Part shown: positions 24,063 through 36,812 of the stretch, in pieces | Position numbering within the stretch: the stretch's first letter is position 1 | Layout: each line of letters opens with the position of its first letter | Origin: Bispira polyomma | Taxonomy: Eukaryota | Length of the DNA: 64,000 bases | Assembly: GCA_965649765.1 (NCBI GenBank) | Contig: OZ287749.1 | Span: 51,522,001 to 51,586,000 of the forward strand | Direction of reading: 5' to 3' | Notes under the pieces: model-generated | Seen by the model: only the letters and a program-made list of their open reading frames with translations | The model's database searches: none | What the model was told of the DNA's origin: nothing | Made by a program: the position numbers and the translations under genes

Positions 24063-27000
24063 TGATTGTATGAATTATACGTGGATTATAGTTTGTAGGA
24101 CACCAATTATACATTTAGAAAGAGAAAGTATTCAAATTAACATGGGCATTTATTCATGTGTATTTGTTTTGTATTGTATTTAGATTTATACTCGCATGTA
24201 TATCTTGAGGCTTGAGTGAAACCATTTATTCAGGTGTTCTAGCCTGCTACTTAGGGTCAGGACCCAATAACAGAGGACCTATATTTCAAGTGGTCATCAA
24301 ACCCAATAGATATGTGCTCTGTACCATGCATGTCGCTTTAGTCATGGATCAAAGCCAGGTCCTCCGCATATGTCACCAACTGGGCCACAGTTGCAGATAA
24401 AGTAAAGGGCTACATATATTATACAAAATAACCTCAGTCTGTTTTACAGACTTTGCTAATGTTGGAGGTGTTTTTTCTTTCTGGTTATCCTGGTGATTGC
24501 ATTCTAAATGTGAACTCAATTAATATCCAAGCCACATAGACACTAAATGAAAGCCCATTGGTCTGGCAGCATATGCTATTGTGTAGTGGAGTATTTAATG
24601 TTGAAATTTAAATATATGAAGTGACATTTTATAGATATAGATTTGCTGTAAATAGAGTTATGAAGACAGTTTTGAGTATGTGTGTAACTTGTAGCTTGGG
24701 CATAGATGATATCAATACAGGGCATAGCCGCTAAAAATAGAATATATAAAAGCAATTCATGTACTAATAAAGATAATCAAAAAAAATGTATGTGTGTTTC
24801 TATACAATCTTCAAAAACAAAGATACACATGAAATTTAACCACAGTTAAAACCTTGGAGATGAATGTATTGATTACCATACATTAAATTTTGTAACTTGA
24901 CAATTGTCCAAGGGCAATTTCAGCTGGCTGTTGTTGGCCTAGGTCACACCTATATAAAACATGCAAAATCAAAGCCTCAATGATTGAATATGGTATTTGA
25001 AAAAATAACCAAAGCGTGGTAAATTGTGGTTAAAAACTTACGATGTCGAAAATAATGTCATATTCCCACACAAGAAGGTGGGGAACCATATTGCCTTCTT
25101 TATTAAAAAAAAATTAAATCCTGAAGCATTTTTTAGCTAGGAGACGCTATGAGGCACTTTGGTTGTAATCTGAAATAAATCGATCAAAATGTTGTTTCAT
25201 AATCATCCTCAGGCTTGGTCATAAACACGGTTCTTCATGCCATAAACATTGCATAGTCGTTTAAGGCAAGTTCCTTATTGTATCAACTAAGGCAGTACTT
25301 TGTTACATTCATGCACGTTTGGTAAAATGATTATAGACAGATGCATCGGTTTGTGAGAAAACATATCATGTTTCAGCTTTTGCCATGGATGTTTGGCGGC
25401 ATTTGTCTCCCCTGTGGAAACATGTCTAGAGTTGAACTGCAAACTTACAAGTTGAGACGTACACAGAATCCATTCGGACTACTTCCTACAATTTGAAACG
25501 AGACATAAATATGTGACCTTGGCGTAACATCTATTCCTTTGAAATTGAGTCTTATTTTCAACCTTTCAACACTTGATCAATGGCAGATTATTTGTGTAAC
25601 TTGTCCAAACATCTAGCGTGCTATTCAAAAGAAATACTTCTAAAACAAAAGTAAAAAAAAAAAAAACATAAAAAAAACTGTTAAATAGATTATTAACTTT
25701 GTATCTTATTTACCTTAACAGTTACAAATGAGATGCCATATCTTTTGCATGTGTATTAAATTTAGATGCATTTTAATAATGCACATTTAGTTCTGTCTGA
25801 GTAGAGTGCTTTTATTTTGAATAATAAAATGTTTCAGATGTGTGGTACTTTTATTTACACTATGGCGAGACCGTCAAAATCTGGCCATTGTTCAAGGTCA
25901 TTATTAATAGATATTATACATGCACATGTTTGAGGGGGGGGGGCGGGGGGGGGGGGTATCTTCCGTCTACAAAATCCCTTATTCTCTCACAAACCTAAAG
26001 CTCCACCGTTTTTTTTAAACCAGGGTGGAGAAACTGCATAGACCTTATGCAAGGTCCTTCATTGAGGGCATTATGAGTTTTTAACTATAATATATAACTC
26101 TGTGTGGATTTACATTTGGACATGAAGAAGCTAGCAGTTATAAAAAGACCAGTGCTGACACCTTTGGAATACCATATTTCAAATGGTTGTTTAATAATAT
26201 CTATATATAAGTCCTCCTGGTCACTAAGGTGTTCTATGTCAGCAGATCTATACATCAGCTGATTCCTGTTACCTTGGGTGTTATAGCTTGTTTTTTGTTT
26301 TTTTTTTGTCTTATCATTTCTGTCGGCAACAACAAGCACTCTAGGTAACAGTTAACCTATCAACTTAGGGCTTTAAGTTCCAACTACAATATTGGGATTG
26401 ATAATATCTTAACACGAGACTTAACATGAGGAGGTCAATATGGTACTTTTCTCTAATGTGGTTAGATAGATATATCAGACTTGACATGAGGTCAATGGTA
26501 CTTTACGTTATTTCGTACCAGATGGACAAATACTTATACAGAGTGGGTCACACATTATAAATCTGGGGCCCCGCATTTACAATCAGGTCTTAGGCTTAAG
26601 ATTTTGGTCTTTCATTTTGTCAAAAAGGGTTAGGATTTTGATATTATAGCCCCAGTGACAGAAAGAAAATGCATTTGCATGGTTAGTGGTAACTTTGCAA
26701 TTTACAATACGATAAACTATGTTAAGACTAAATTAGGACTATATAATACCTTTTTGAATACGGCTCCTTACTTTCGGTAGCAATGACACAAAAGAAAAAT
26801 TAAACCAATACTATAAAATCTTTAAACAGTAAAAAATGCCGTCGTTTGTGTATTTATTTATTTCATACAATTAGTACAATTAACATACACGCATGGGGTG
26901 GGGAAGAAAAAAAGAAAGTAGTAGGATATATACACAATGTGCACACATCTGTGCTCATGTTACAATCATGACTTTAACTTTACGGAAAAATAATCTAACA

Positions 27001-27586
27001 TGAAGTTGTAGTCATTCTCATTAAACATTGTACTGCTTTTGCCCCTATACATAGAATAAGTGTGCTTGAGAAAGCTAACACATAATCATGATAATATACA
27101 TAAATAGATAATTATAACCTTTACCTTTGGATCCCACCTAATTTGATCACCTCCAACAAAAACTGGCCCTATCTTGTTTGCAAATAGAGACACGTACTGA
27201 TCCTTGACCGATTTTTCTGTCTGTCTTATGATAGTGTCGGACATTTCTTTTTCATTCACAAAAAAACATAACCTGTTTGACGGTTATGTTTGAAATTTGC
27301 TATTTATTGGACAACAAAGCGGTTAATTCTTTACTTATTTGGACCAGATCCAAATAATTTACAGGTTTCTTTTCATGGAAATGATTGTTGTGTTTTTATG
27401 GTCAAATTGCTAAACACGGAAAGATGCATAGATAAGTGGATTCATAAATAACGAAGTTGACTGAGTCTGGATGAAGATAGATGCTTAGCTTTTTACGTTT
27501 ACTTCTATGGTTTTGAAAATAGTAGTAACTAAATTCAAAGCCCGGATGCAAAAGGGGATGTATAGATTTGTGTAGTAGAAGCTGTC

Positions 27587-27587
<1 letters not shown>

Positions 27588-27668
<81 letters not shown>
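27588..27668. repeat. (TA)~40 microsatellite
   Basis: Perfect TA run ending ~330 bp upstream of the copy-2 ATG. Confidence 0.98.
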
Positions 27669-27671
<3 letters not shown>

Positions 27672-27998
27672 AATACCTTGTTATTGTCTGCATGTATATG
27701 TTACATATGGACTATTTAATAGTTTAATAGAGCTTGAGTGTTTGATCAACACATACTGGCCTGGATCGGACTGCTTCGGATTAAAATTACACCTGGTACC
27801 CTACTGTATAGAAAGAAATTGTCCAGTAAATACACGTCATTAAAAGAACCATAAAAGAAGTGGTTTGTAAGAACAGAAAACAGTTACAAAACAGTGTAGG
27901 ATAACTTTCCTCTAAAAGCATATACTACTTGGTACTAGACGTAAAACAGGGCCTTTTGATATTCTTGTGTTTTCAAGGCCCACCAGAAAATCAATACT

Positions 27999-30900
27999 AT
28001 GACCAAGTACTTTGGAGTAGACTGGGCCCCTGTGTGGGTCCCCTTCGAGAGACGTCTGCAGACTGCAGTAGTGGCACTCTACTGTGCCACTTTCCTGATC
28101 TTCCCAATCGTGTGTCTGGTAACCTGTGTGCTTCTCTTGTTCACACCACTATTTTTTGTCAGTGCTGCCTACATTGGGTGGATGCTGTATGACGTGGGAT
28201 TCCGACACACCTCCAGTAGGGGTGGAAGGAGGTGGCCCTGGTTCCGAAAACTCTTTGTTTGGAAATATTTCAAGTAAGATTTTTTGTTTTTTGACCCAGC
28301 AGCCATATAATTATAATATTGATGGCTTTTAAATTTGTATTGTATTTAAATCTGACATTCTGTACTATCTTTATCTCCTATTAAAAGGTGCTATAATTAA
28401 TAAAACCTTTTCTTGACTGCCAGAGCATACAGTCAACTGTAATGTTCTCTTATGAATAACTTCAGATAAACTCTGATTGATTTAGATCTAACCAAGACAT
28501 TTAACTACACATTAAAGTGCTTTAAATAAGCTGCTTTATTTCCCAGAATTCTCAGACAATAACCCTTACCATAATGCACACATATATACCAAATACTGTA
28601 TGTTGACATAATAACACTACATCAACTAGCACCTGCAACTGTCATTCCTCTTCCTAAAGAGAGGCTTGGGGGATGTAGTCCATAAGTAGTCCACCAGCAG
28701 TCCATCAGCACCACTAAAACTGTCATATTATTAAATGAAGAGAGAGGCTTGAGGATGAACATTTATCAAGATCCTTAAAGCAGATAGGCAATTATTTTCA
28801 CCAAATGCATGAAACCTATAATATTTAAACTGGTTTGTGTACTTATACACATTTCTCAACTCTTTCTTGTGAAAACACACACACCACAGCAGATAGTTGT
28901 CTTTTTATTTCCACTGTAGAGAAATTGGTTTGTTTTTCTCCTGGAAAGCTCTCTCAGCTGTGTGACATCATTATAGTCAGGGGGATTTTATATACAGATT
29001 CTGTGTATGCAGTACTCAGGTATGCTGTATAATATTGTAGATTTATGGAGGTAATTTTTAATATATTTTGTACTTGTATACTAATGTTATAAAGTGTTTT
29101 TTTATCAATTTTGCCATAACACATAACATAAGAATAAAAGTGCAACTGGCTCACTTTCCCATCAATTTTTGTTCTGATGAGGAATTTAGTGAAAAAGCTT
29201 TCAGGGAGTTTTAAAATCTTATTGTTTTGAACCCCCCAAATCAAATCCATTACATCAGGACTCTTGTAGTGAAACAACTTCAGAAAGCGGTGAAAATGAT
29301 CAGATTCCAGCTTAATAAATCTAAGACAAAACAGTCTAAAAATACTGAATGCTCCTTGTCGATGAGGTTATTGAAAATGGTTCATTTAAATATCATCTGT
29401 GTTGTGAGTGGAAATCTTGCAATATTTAATTTGTCATGCAGTGTAACAATGTGAGTGCCTGATAGAATGAAAGTTATAGAAAGTAATAAAAAAGTAATAG
29501 ATAAAATCTATTACCTTGCAATCGATTACTATTACTATTACATTTCAAATTTTGAAATCTATTACTATTACTTTGAAATTTCAGCAAATCTATTACTTTT
29601 CTATTACTTCTCTTACATCGGCCCCTACCCTGGTACACACTAAGGTTATAGTAATAAACAGCCATATTATCACAAAGCTTTTATTCTTAGAATAGTTTGG
29701 GTTATGTCTGATGCAGTATTTTAAACACTGGTGATATTAAATGTTTTTACATTGTATAAATATATAAAAATGCTAATAATGTATCAAAATATATGTGACT
29801 ATGTGTATATACAAGGTAATCAGCTTCTCAACGATAACTTTTATGAGTTATTCACTATCATGATTTTTTAACAAACAACATTTTCAAAAATAATAAAATA
29901 GTTGCTATTTATGTTATTTTAATATTTAAATACCTCAAATAGCTTTAATTATAGTATTAAAAATGTAACAATTCAGTATTTTTAACTCATAGCTTTCTGT
30001 TCAAACTGTGCGAGACACGTTTTCATATTTGTAATTATTTCACTATGTCAATTGTTATCAAAAACTAAATTTAAGACCATTACAGTCATTTTTACAGTTA
30101 CATATATAAATAATTATGTCATCTTTTCAGAAATCTTGTGGTAAACTTTGATAAAAGGATTGACAGTTTTCCAATATCTTTAAAAAAACCTTGTTATTGA
30201 GCAACATTTGTAATCCTTTATGAGCCCTAGAGCCATTCACTATCCAGTCTTTGTCACTGAGTGGGCCATGAACACAGATTTTTCAGATCTAGAATCATTT
30301 TTACAGTCATGGACAAAGCAGTATATAATTTTAATTTGTTTTTATATTATATTAACTCCAATAGGGTGGAACAAGTAACAACCCAGTATATATTCTGTAT
30401 ATCTAGTACATGTAATATGTAGATAGAGATGTGTGTATAAATATATACCTCAATGTTGAGTAATAATCCATTAAAATATTAATATTTATACAAGAAACTT
30501 TACAGAAAACTAGCAGTGAACTGTTTTGGTATATAACAGCATATGTATCCATAAATTTAGAGAGATAAATAAAAGAGAGAGAGGGGAAGGAATTAAATTA
30601 CACTATATATCAGTGCATGTACAGTGTACTGGTGGCTATACTGATGTCATATCAAAACATTGCCTGTTTGAGCGGGAGAGATGGATCATTTGTAAGATTT
30701 GAGATAAAAAGCTCTAGTTCTACACATACTAGAGGGAGTGGGAATGTGTGTTGTATTGTAATCACCATCATTTATTTTCTATTTTAAAATATGCTAAAAT
30801 AGTTTTTCTTGCCTATCTGCTTTAAGTTTTTTTTTAGCCTGCCACTGTTGATAGAACCTTAATTATGACAGAGGGTCACAATTTTAAGCGCTAATCCGAG

Positions 30901-33900
30901 CCACTATGTATTTACCTATATTTGGTCGCCCCAGACTGGGATAAAAACCCAGGTCCTGTGTGTTTCTGATGAATAAGTGTGTTACCCACTAGACTATACA
31001 GTGGCAGGATATTGCCTGGCTATGTCTGTCTGGGAGATGATACATGGCCATGTCATGAACTACTTCTCAGAGGATGTCAGGGGTCTTGGTTATTCGGTTG
31101 GTCACATACTAACCTCCCACCTCTGCTGTCATGGATTTGAATCTTAGTCCTGGCGTGTATGTGGGTGAGTCGGCAGGAGATTTGCTAAAGGCCGGTGGTT
31201 TGCAGAGCAGAAAACCTTGGTCAACTACCCCTGCTCTAATTTTTCCTCTCCTAGTGAAGTGTCTGTCGTGATAGGACATAAAACTATGCTTTATCTATGC
31301 TCGTGAAAACTCTTGTAAGTTATAAATACAACTACATGTACCTCTAACCATTGCTTACAGAGACTACTTTCCTGTGGAGTTGGTGAAAACTACCGAGCTG
31401 AGTGCTGACAAAAATTATATCTTTGGTTACCACCCACATGGAATCCTCAGCTGTGGGGCTCTGTGTAACTTTGGTACAGAAGCCACTGGGTTTTCACACA
31501 TCTTCCCTGGCTTGACACCACACCTCATGACACTAAAAGACAACTTTAAACTGCCTTTTATCAGAGGGCCACTCCTCTGGCAAGGTAAAGTATACCACAG
31601 ATATTACAAGTTAGTGTGTATGATAAACAGAAAAATAAATAATTGGTGTGTGGTCTTGTAAGACACAGTGGTTAGGGAGTTTCTCTAGGAACTGGCGTGT
31701 CCTTGTTTTACTAAACTGGATATGCCTAGTCTTTCTGGTTTATCACTGCATGTATGTCTCATTTCAAATAGTAGGAAAGAGTCTTGGAGTTTTAACTCAT
31801 CTCATCTCGTGAGTCTCCGGTTTATCTCCAGACACTTTGCCACAGATGCAATAAATATGTCAAACTGTTCACAAAATCCGTGGTCATAGCTAAAACGTAG
31901 CATGGTTTCTCCCAAATGGATGCGCAAAAAAAATTAGGAACCTCCATGAAATGATTAAGCAAACTTATGAAACAAAGAGCCCCATTTGAAATGAAATGAA
32001 AATGCAATAGGAACTTTGTTAAAGCGCACTTATACAACACAGGGCCGTTTCAAATGCGCTTCCTTATTGGCAACAACTATAGGCACCGAGGCTTGCTTGA
32101 GGATGACCATTTATCAATTTCCCCAAGGATCTTTAATCTGCCACTGGAGATATTACTCAGTGACAGAGGACCACCATTTTAAGTGGTCATCTGAGCCACT
32201 AGGCAAACTTGTGCTCACATCTTACCCAAGGATGTAATCCCACCAAATGAAACTAGCGGCTGGTACCGGGAATGGAACCGAGGACCTTCTGAGCATCAGA
32301 CCAACAGCCTAACCACTAGACTACGATGCCGCCACCTAGGCGAATAATTATGAAACAATGTGCAACGTTTTAATCTGTCTATTTCTGATTACAGTCAAAG
32401 TGTCTTATAGAACCTTGTAGAAGCATGATGCCATCAAAAGCTTACATGTGTCTGGACAGATGTTTTCTTTAAAATTTAATGAATTCCATTTACTTTAATC
32501 AATTCCATTCGCTAGTTATTTAATTCTGCCACAAATCAATCGAACCAGACGAATACTTGCCAGTGATTATGATAATAATATAAACACAGAACTTTTGGTT
32601 AAAGTTATTATAAATACAAGTGCCTTTCAACCCCAAGAAAAACCTATCGTCAGGAACTGAAGGAAATTTTAAGGTAATAGGTTACAGATAGCTGAAGTCA
32701 CTAAAACACACACCACAGACCACTTCTGGCATTCAATAATGGGCTTATGTATCATTTTTTAAACAAAGAAGTCTGCTGTAGTAACAATTTCCTATGGCGA
32801 AGAACTGACAAAAAAAAAATAATATATTTTTGGGGTGTCGACTGCTTGCCAACAGACTTAGGTTCTTGGAGTATTAAATGCCATTGAATGCTTTCCAACA
32901 ACACAGGGGTCCATAGGGTTAAAAGCATGAACTAAAACTGATTAATATATTATCTTTTAATATGTACTTACTTTATTTACTCTATTGCCTCTATTAGGGG
33001 TCTGTGATGTCAGCAGAGAAAGTATCCAGTGGATTTTAACCAAGAAAGGTACAGGGAATGCGGCCGTCATAGTAGTGGGTGGTGCTGAGGAGTCACTGCA
33101 GGCTAAACCCGGCATCTATACATTGACATTGTTAAAAAGGAAAGGATTTGTGAAACAGGCCATCAGAGCAGGGTATGGACACCTTATATTACCATTAAAG
33201 TGGAGTCTCTATTATCTAAACAATGAAATTTAGTTAGAGTAATAGAAAGTGGTTTATAAAATAGAAGATGCAGTATATTAGTACAATATACAGCCAAAAA
33301 AATGAGAATTGTCACGTCATATATTGGTACCAGTAAAGTAAAACCTACCCACCTCCTGTAATCAAGCAATACATGTCACTACATTTATGTACTTTCTTAT
33401 AATTTCTGCAATTGGACATGTTATTTTCACACATTTATACCACTCAAAAATGTGTCCATTTTTGTCAAACAAATGTCCACCATCTTGGAAACTATATGCT
33501 AATAACAAATGCAGTAATGGGTACTGGTAAAAGTAAAATTGCTCTTTAAAGATACATCCCGCAAACCTAAAGTTAAAACTTTCGAAAGTGATATATTACT
33601 GCTAACTTTTCTGCATACTTACAGTGCATCGTTAGTCCCCATCTTTTCGTTTGGAGAAAACGACTTGTTCCAGCAAGCAGAAAACCCAGCCGGATCCAGG
33701 CTCAGGAAGTTCCAGGAGAAGTTCAAGGAGATGGTGGGTGTGGCTCCACCTGTATTCTACGGACGCGGGGTGTTTAACTACACTTTTGGACTCTTACCAT
33801 ATAGGCTACCAGTACATACAGTGGGTAAGGACTTTTGTAAGGCCATAGTGATGGCAGACTGATTAACAGCTATATGTACCAATCAGTGCCCCACTTTGTG

Positions 33901-34693
33901 AGTAATTTCAAATACAGCTTTAAATAATGAACTGAACAATAGTAATTACCAAAAATGTATAGAAATAGATATTCCTATATGGAGATGATACCCATTGTAT
34001 TAATCTGGTTGGCTGCCAATTGATACACAGGTGTTAACTGGTTAACAACACTTAAAAAATAAAACCAGTGTTTCTAAATACGGGTAGGCAGGTATCACCT
34101 TGTGAGTTTGTATCTTGACTCACGACAGTAAATCTAAATTCACAATACACATTGTAGGAACTGTTAGGAATGTAGTAGGAATGTATTGTTAAGTTGAGCA
34201 TGATTTAGATTTACTTTTAGAAAGCTCATACCAATAAGAACACTGGCTTGTTTAATAGAACTTACCTTTTAACTGTCTCTTAAAATATATAAATACACAG
34301 TAGAGCCTCTGTTTCTGACCTTTTATTCATCATAACATTCAATTTGATGAAAGTCGAAGTTACCCTCCGAAATCTATGTTTTCCTATTGTTTTAACCTAA
34401 AGTGTGTTTTTCTATTTTACAGCCTTTTTTATTATCGGAAACAAAATCGTACTCACCTAACATGTTCAGATGATAGAGGTTCTACTCAAAGTATTTAAAG
34501 AATTAAAGTATGAAATGTTTTTCTATTTGTGTTTTCAGTTGGAAAACCAATAGATGTTGAAAAGTGCAAGGATCCAACTGAGGAAATGATAGACAAATAC
34601 CACAATATATACATGAACGACTTAAAGACATTGTTTGATGAATATAAAGTAAAATACGGTATAAGTGAAAGCAAACACCTTAAGTTTGTATGA
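27999..34693 (+). CDS. DGAT2/MOGAT family acylglycerol O-acyltransferase, copy 2 (5 exons, 342 aa)
   Basis: Exons 27999-28273, 31361-31584, 32998-33172, 33625-33824, 34539-34693 splice in frame (1029 nt). Motifs FGYHPHG, VVGGAEE, RKGFVK, FGEND, VGKPI. The last three exons have the same sizes as in copy 1 (175/200/155). Confidence 0.95.
32062..32335 (-). mobile_element. tRNA-derived SINE family C (possible Deu/Nin-like core)
   Basis: Minus-strand head GGCGGCATCGTAGTCTAGTGGTTAGG...GGTTCCATTCCC; core GGATGACCATTTATCAA..GGATCTTTAA.CTGCCACTGG recurs at 54878-54965 and inverted at ~21915-22010 and ~59967-60042. Domain assignment is from recall only. Confidence 0.6.
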
Positions 34694-34763
34694 TTCTGCT
34701 ATAGATTATGCTTTGTGTAATTGTTTACTAAACATCTGCCAGTATAAATATGTCTGTGCTTAG

Positions 34764-34980
34764 TTTTACCCCCACCAAGGAGGTTATGTTTTTTCTGTGC
34801 CCAGTTGTGTTGGTTGGTTTATTTGTTTGTTTGCCACCCGGATTCCACACACAACATCTCTGAACATGTCTACATAAATTTTGGTTGAGGGTTGAGGGCA
34901 TGAGATAAGAAAGAATGGATTTAGGTCAAAACTTGGATCTAGGAAATATTTTATTCACTTCTTGGCATTGTGGCATCATG
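34764..34980 (+). mobile_element. DINE/HINE-like fragment
   Basis: TTTTACCCCCACCAAGGAGGTTATGTTTT followed by (GTTT/GTTG)n; related inverted end at ~46549-46576. Confidence 0.5.
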
Positions 34981-36812
34981 TTAGAAATATGTGTTGTGTT
35001 AAATGGCTTCTGTAGTTTTTGGCAGTGTATGATATTACTGTAAATACATTCTCCAAATTAAACTGAGCATAAAGACTCATCTCAGATAAAAATGTAAATT
35101 TCAACCCAAAACAGATTATTATTTTGCTCAGACAAAATATAAAATTGACATCACAGAATAAATGGAATTGTATGTACCTTATTGTATGTACCTTATTGTA
35201 TGTACCTTAATGTATGCACAGCTTGTATTTTACTTAGGAACCCAAAGCGAACTAGTAATGGTTTCATTGGGTCAGTATTTAATCAGTTGGCAATCTGTTT
35301 TCCTCTATAGCCTTTACTGTAAACAAAACTTAAATGGTCTAATTCAAAATTGAATTGTACAGGTAAAGTTACCTCTTTTTTTCTATATATACTAACTGTC
35401 CTGTTGTAAATAGTTTTGTCTGTTTTATTGTCTGGTTGTCATACATGTATTGACTATGTACTATGAGTATGAAATAAACTTTTATTGTCACTACTCTCAT
35501 TTTATTTAAAATTGTCCTATAACTGCTTTAAAATTTGTTTCTTTACAATACCTTATAAAATAGCAGCCATCCATGCACTGTCTATGCACTGCCTCGGACA
35601 ATTATGATGATGGTAAAATTAAAAGACAAAAAATACATGCATTACTTTGGATTATTAGTAGAAGTAATAGTAAAGTAGAAGTGAAGCAGGGATTTAGAAT
35701 GCCCATCGACACAATTGCAACTAAAATTGATAATTTTTTCAATCTTCATAATTCTGTGCAGTTGACATTTGGGTTTTAGGTCACTTTTAGCATCTTCGGT
35801 CATATTGTGATGGCTAAATTTATTGGTGCAAAACTAGTACTATTTCTACCTGGAAATCACTGACCTACGGCTAATACTTTTCCCATATAAAGAATGCATT
35901 GCGAGTCGAACCCGTGTCCTTGGAGGCGAGAGGCTTATAACTAGGCCACTGCACCCCTTGTAATTCTGTGACTACTATAATATGTATATCTCAAAAAACA
36001 TAAACTGAAATGCTACAAAAAAATTTGATGCTTGGCAACCCTTCTGGTAAGGTTTTTAAACGTACCGATCTGACCAAGGTGACTTTTTTGGCCCAAAATG
36101 GGTCAATTTTCATGTTTTAGCTTTATATCTTGTTAGTTGATGGGTTTAGAGTCTTGGAATGTATTGTAAACCTATCGGAAACCAGCGTCAGGCAATCTAA
36201 TACACTGATCGTATTTGACCTACAGCCTTGGGTTCAAAGTCAAACTGGGGTTGTGAAGGTCACAATGAGAAGGAAACTGATGATATGCCCTTTCGGGCAT
36301 TTAGATTTTGTTTTAAACTTCGACTGATCGTGATGTTTTAGTGGGTAGATTGAAGGTTCATGATTTAATCCTATTGATGTTACTATGCAGGCAACTAAAT
36401 TACCAAGTAAACTAACATTTAGCCAATTACAAGAAGAAATTGTTCCCCTGTCCCCTATAATTTAGCTATATTTCGAGGACTGTATTATACACTCTATTTA
36501 TCAAATACTTTCATAGGGAAAAACACATTACAACTTATAGTGGTCTAATGGACAAATTTAATTTGACACAATAAGCCTGAAAGCCACCAGTACCACATTT
36601 ATTATATAGTGACGATCATAAATGTGTAGGCATCAAAATTTGCCTTGTAGTGTATGACTTGTCGCATGGAATTTAAGTCATTAAGTCCAAAAATACTGCA
36701 TTGTATTTAGCTTTTGGTCAATTTTGGAACTTGTGGATTTTCTGGGTAAAATTTATTTCAGGTTTTTTTTTTTTGATTTGTAAGATTATCTTTACCAAAA
36801 TTAATTTTAAAA

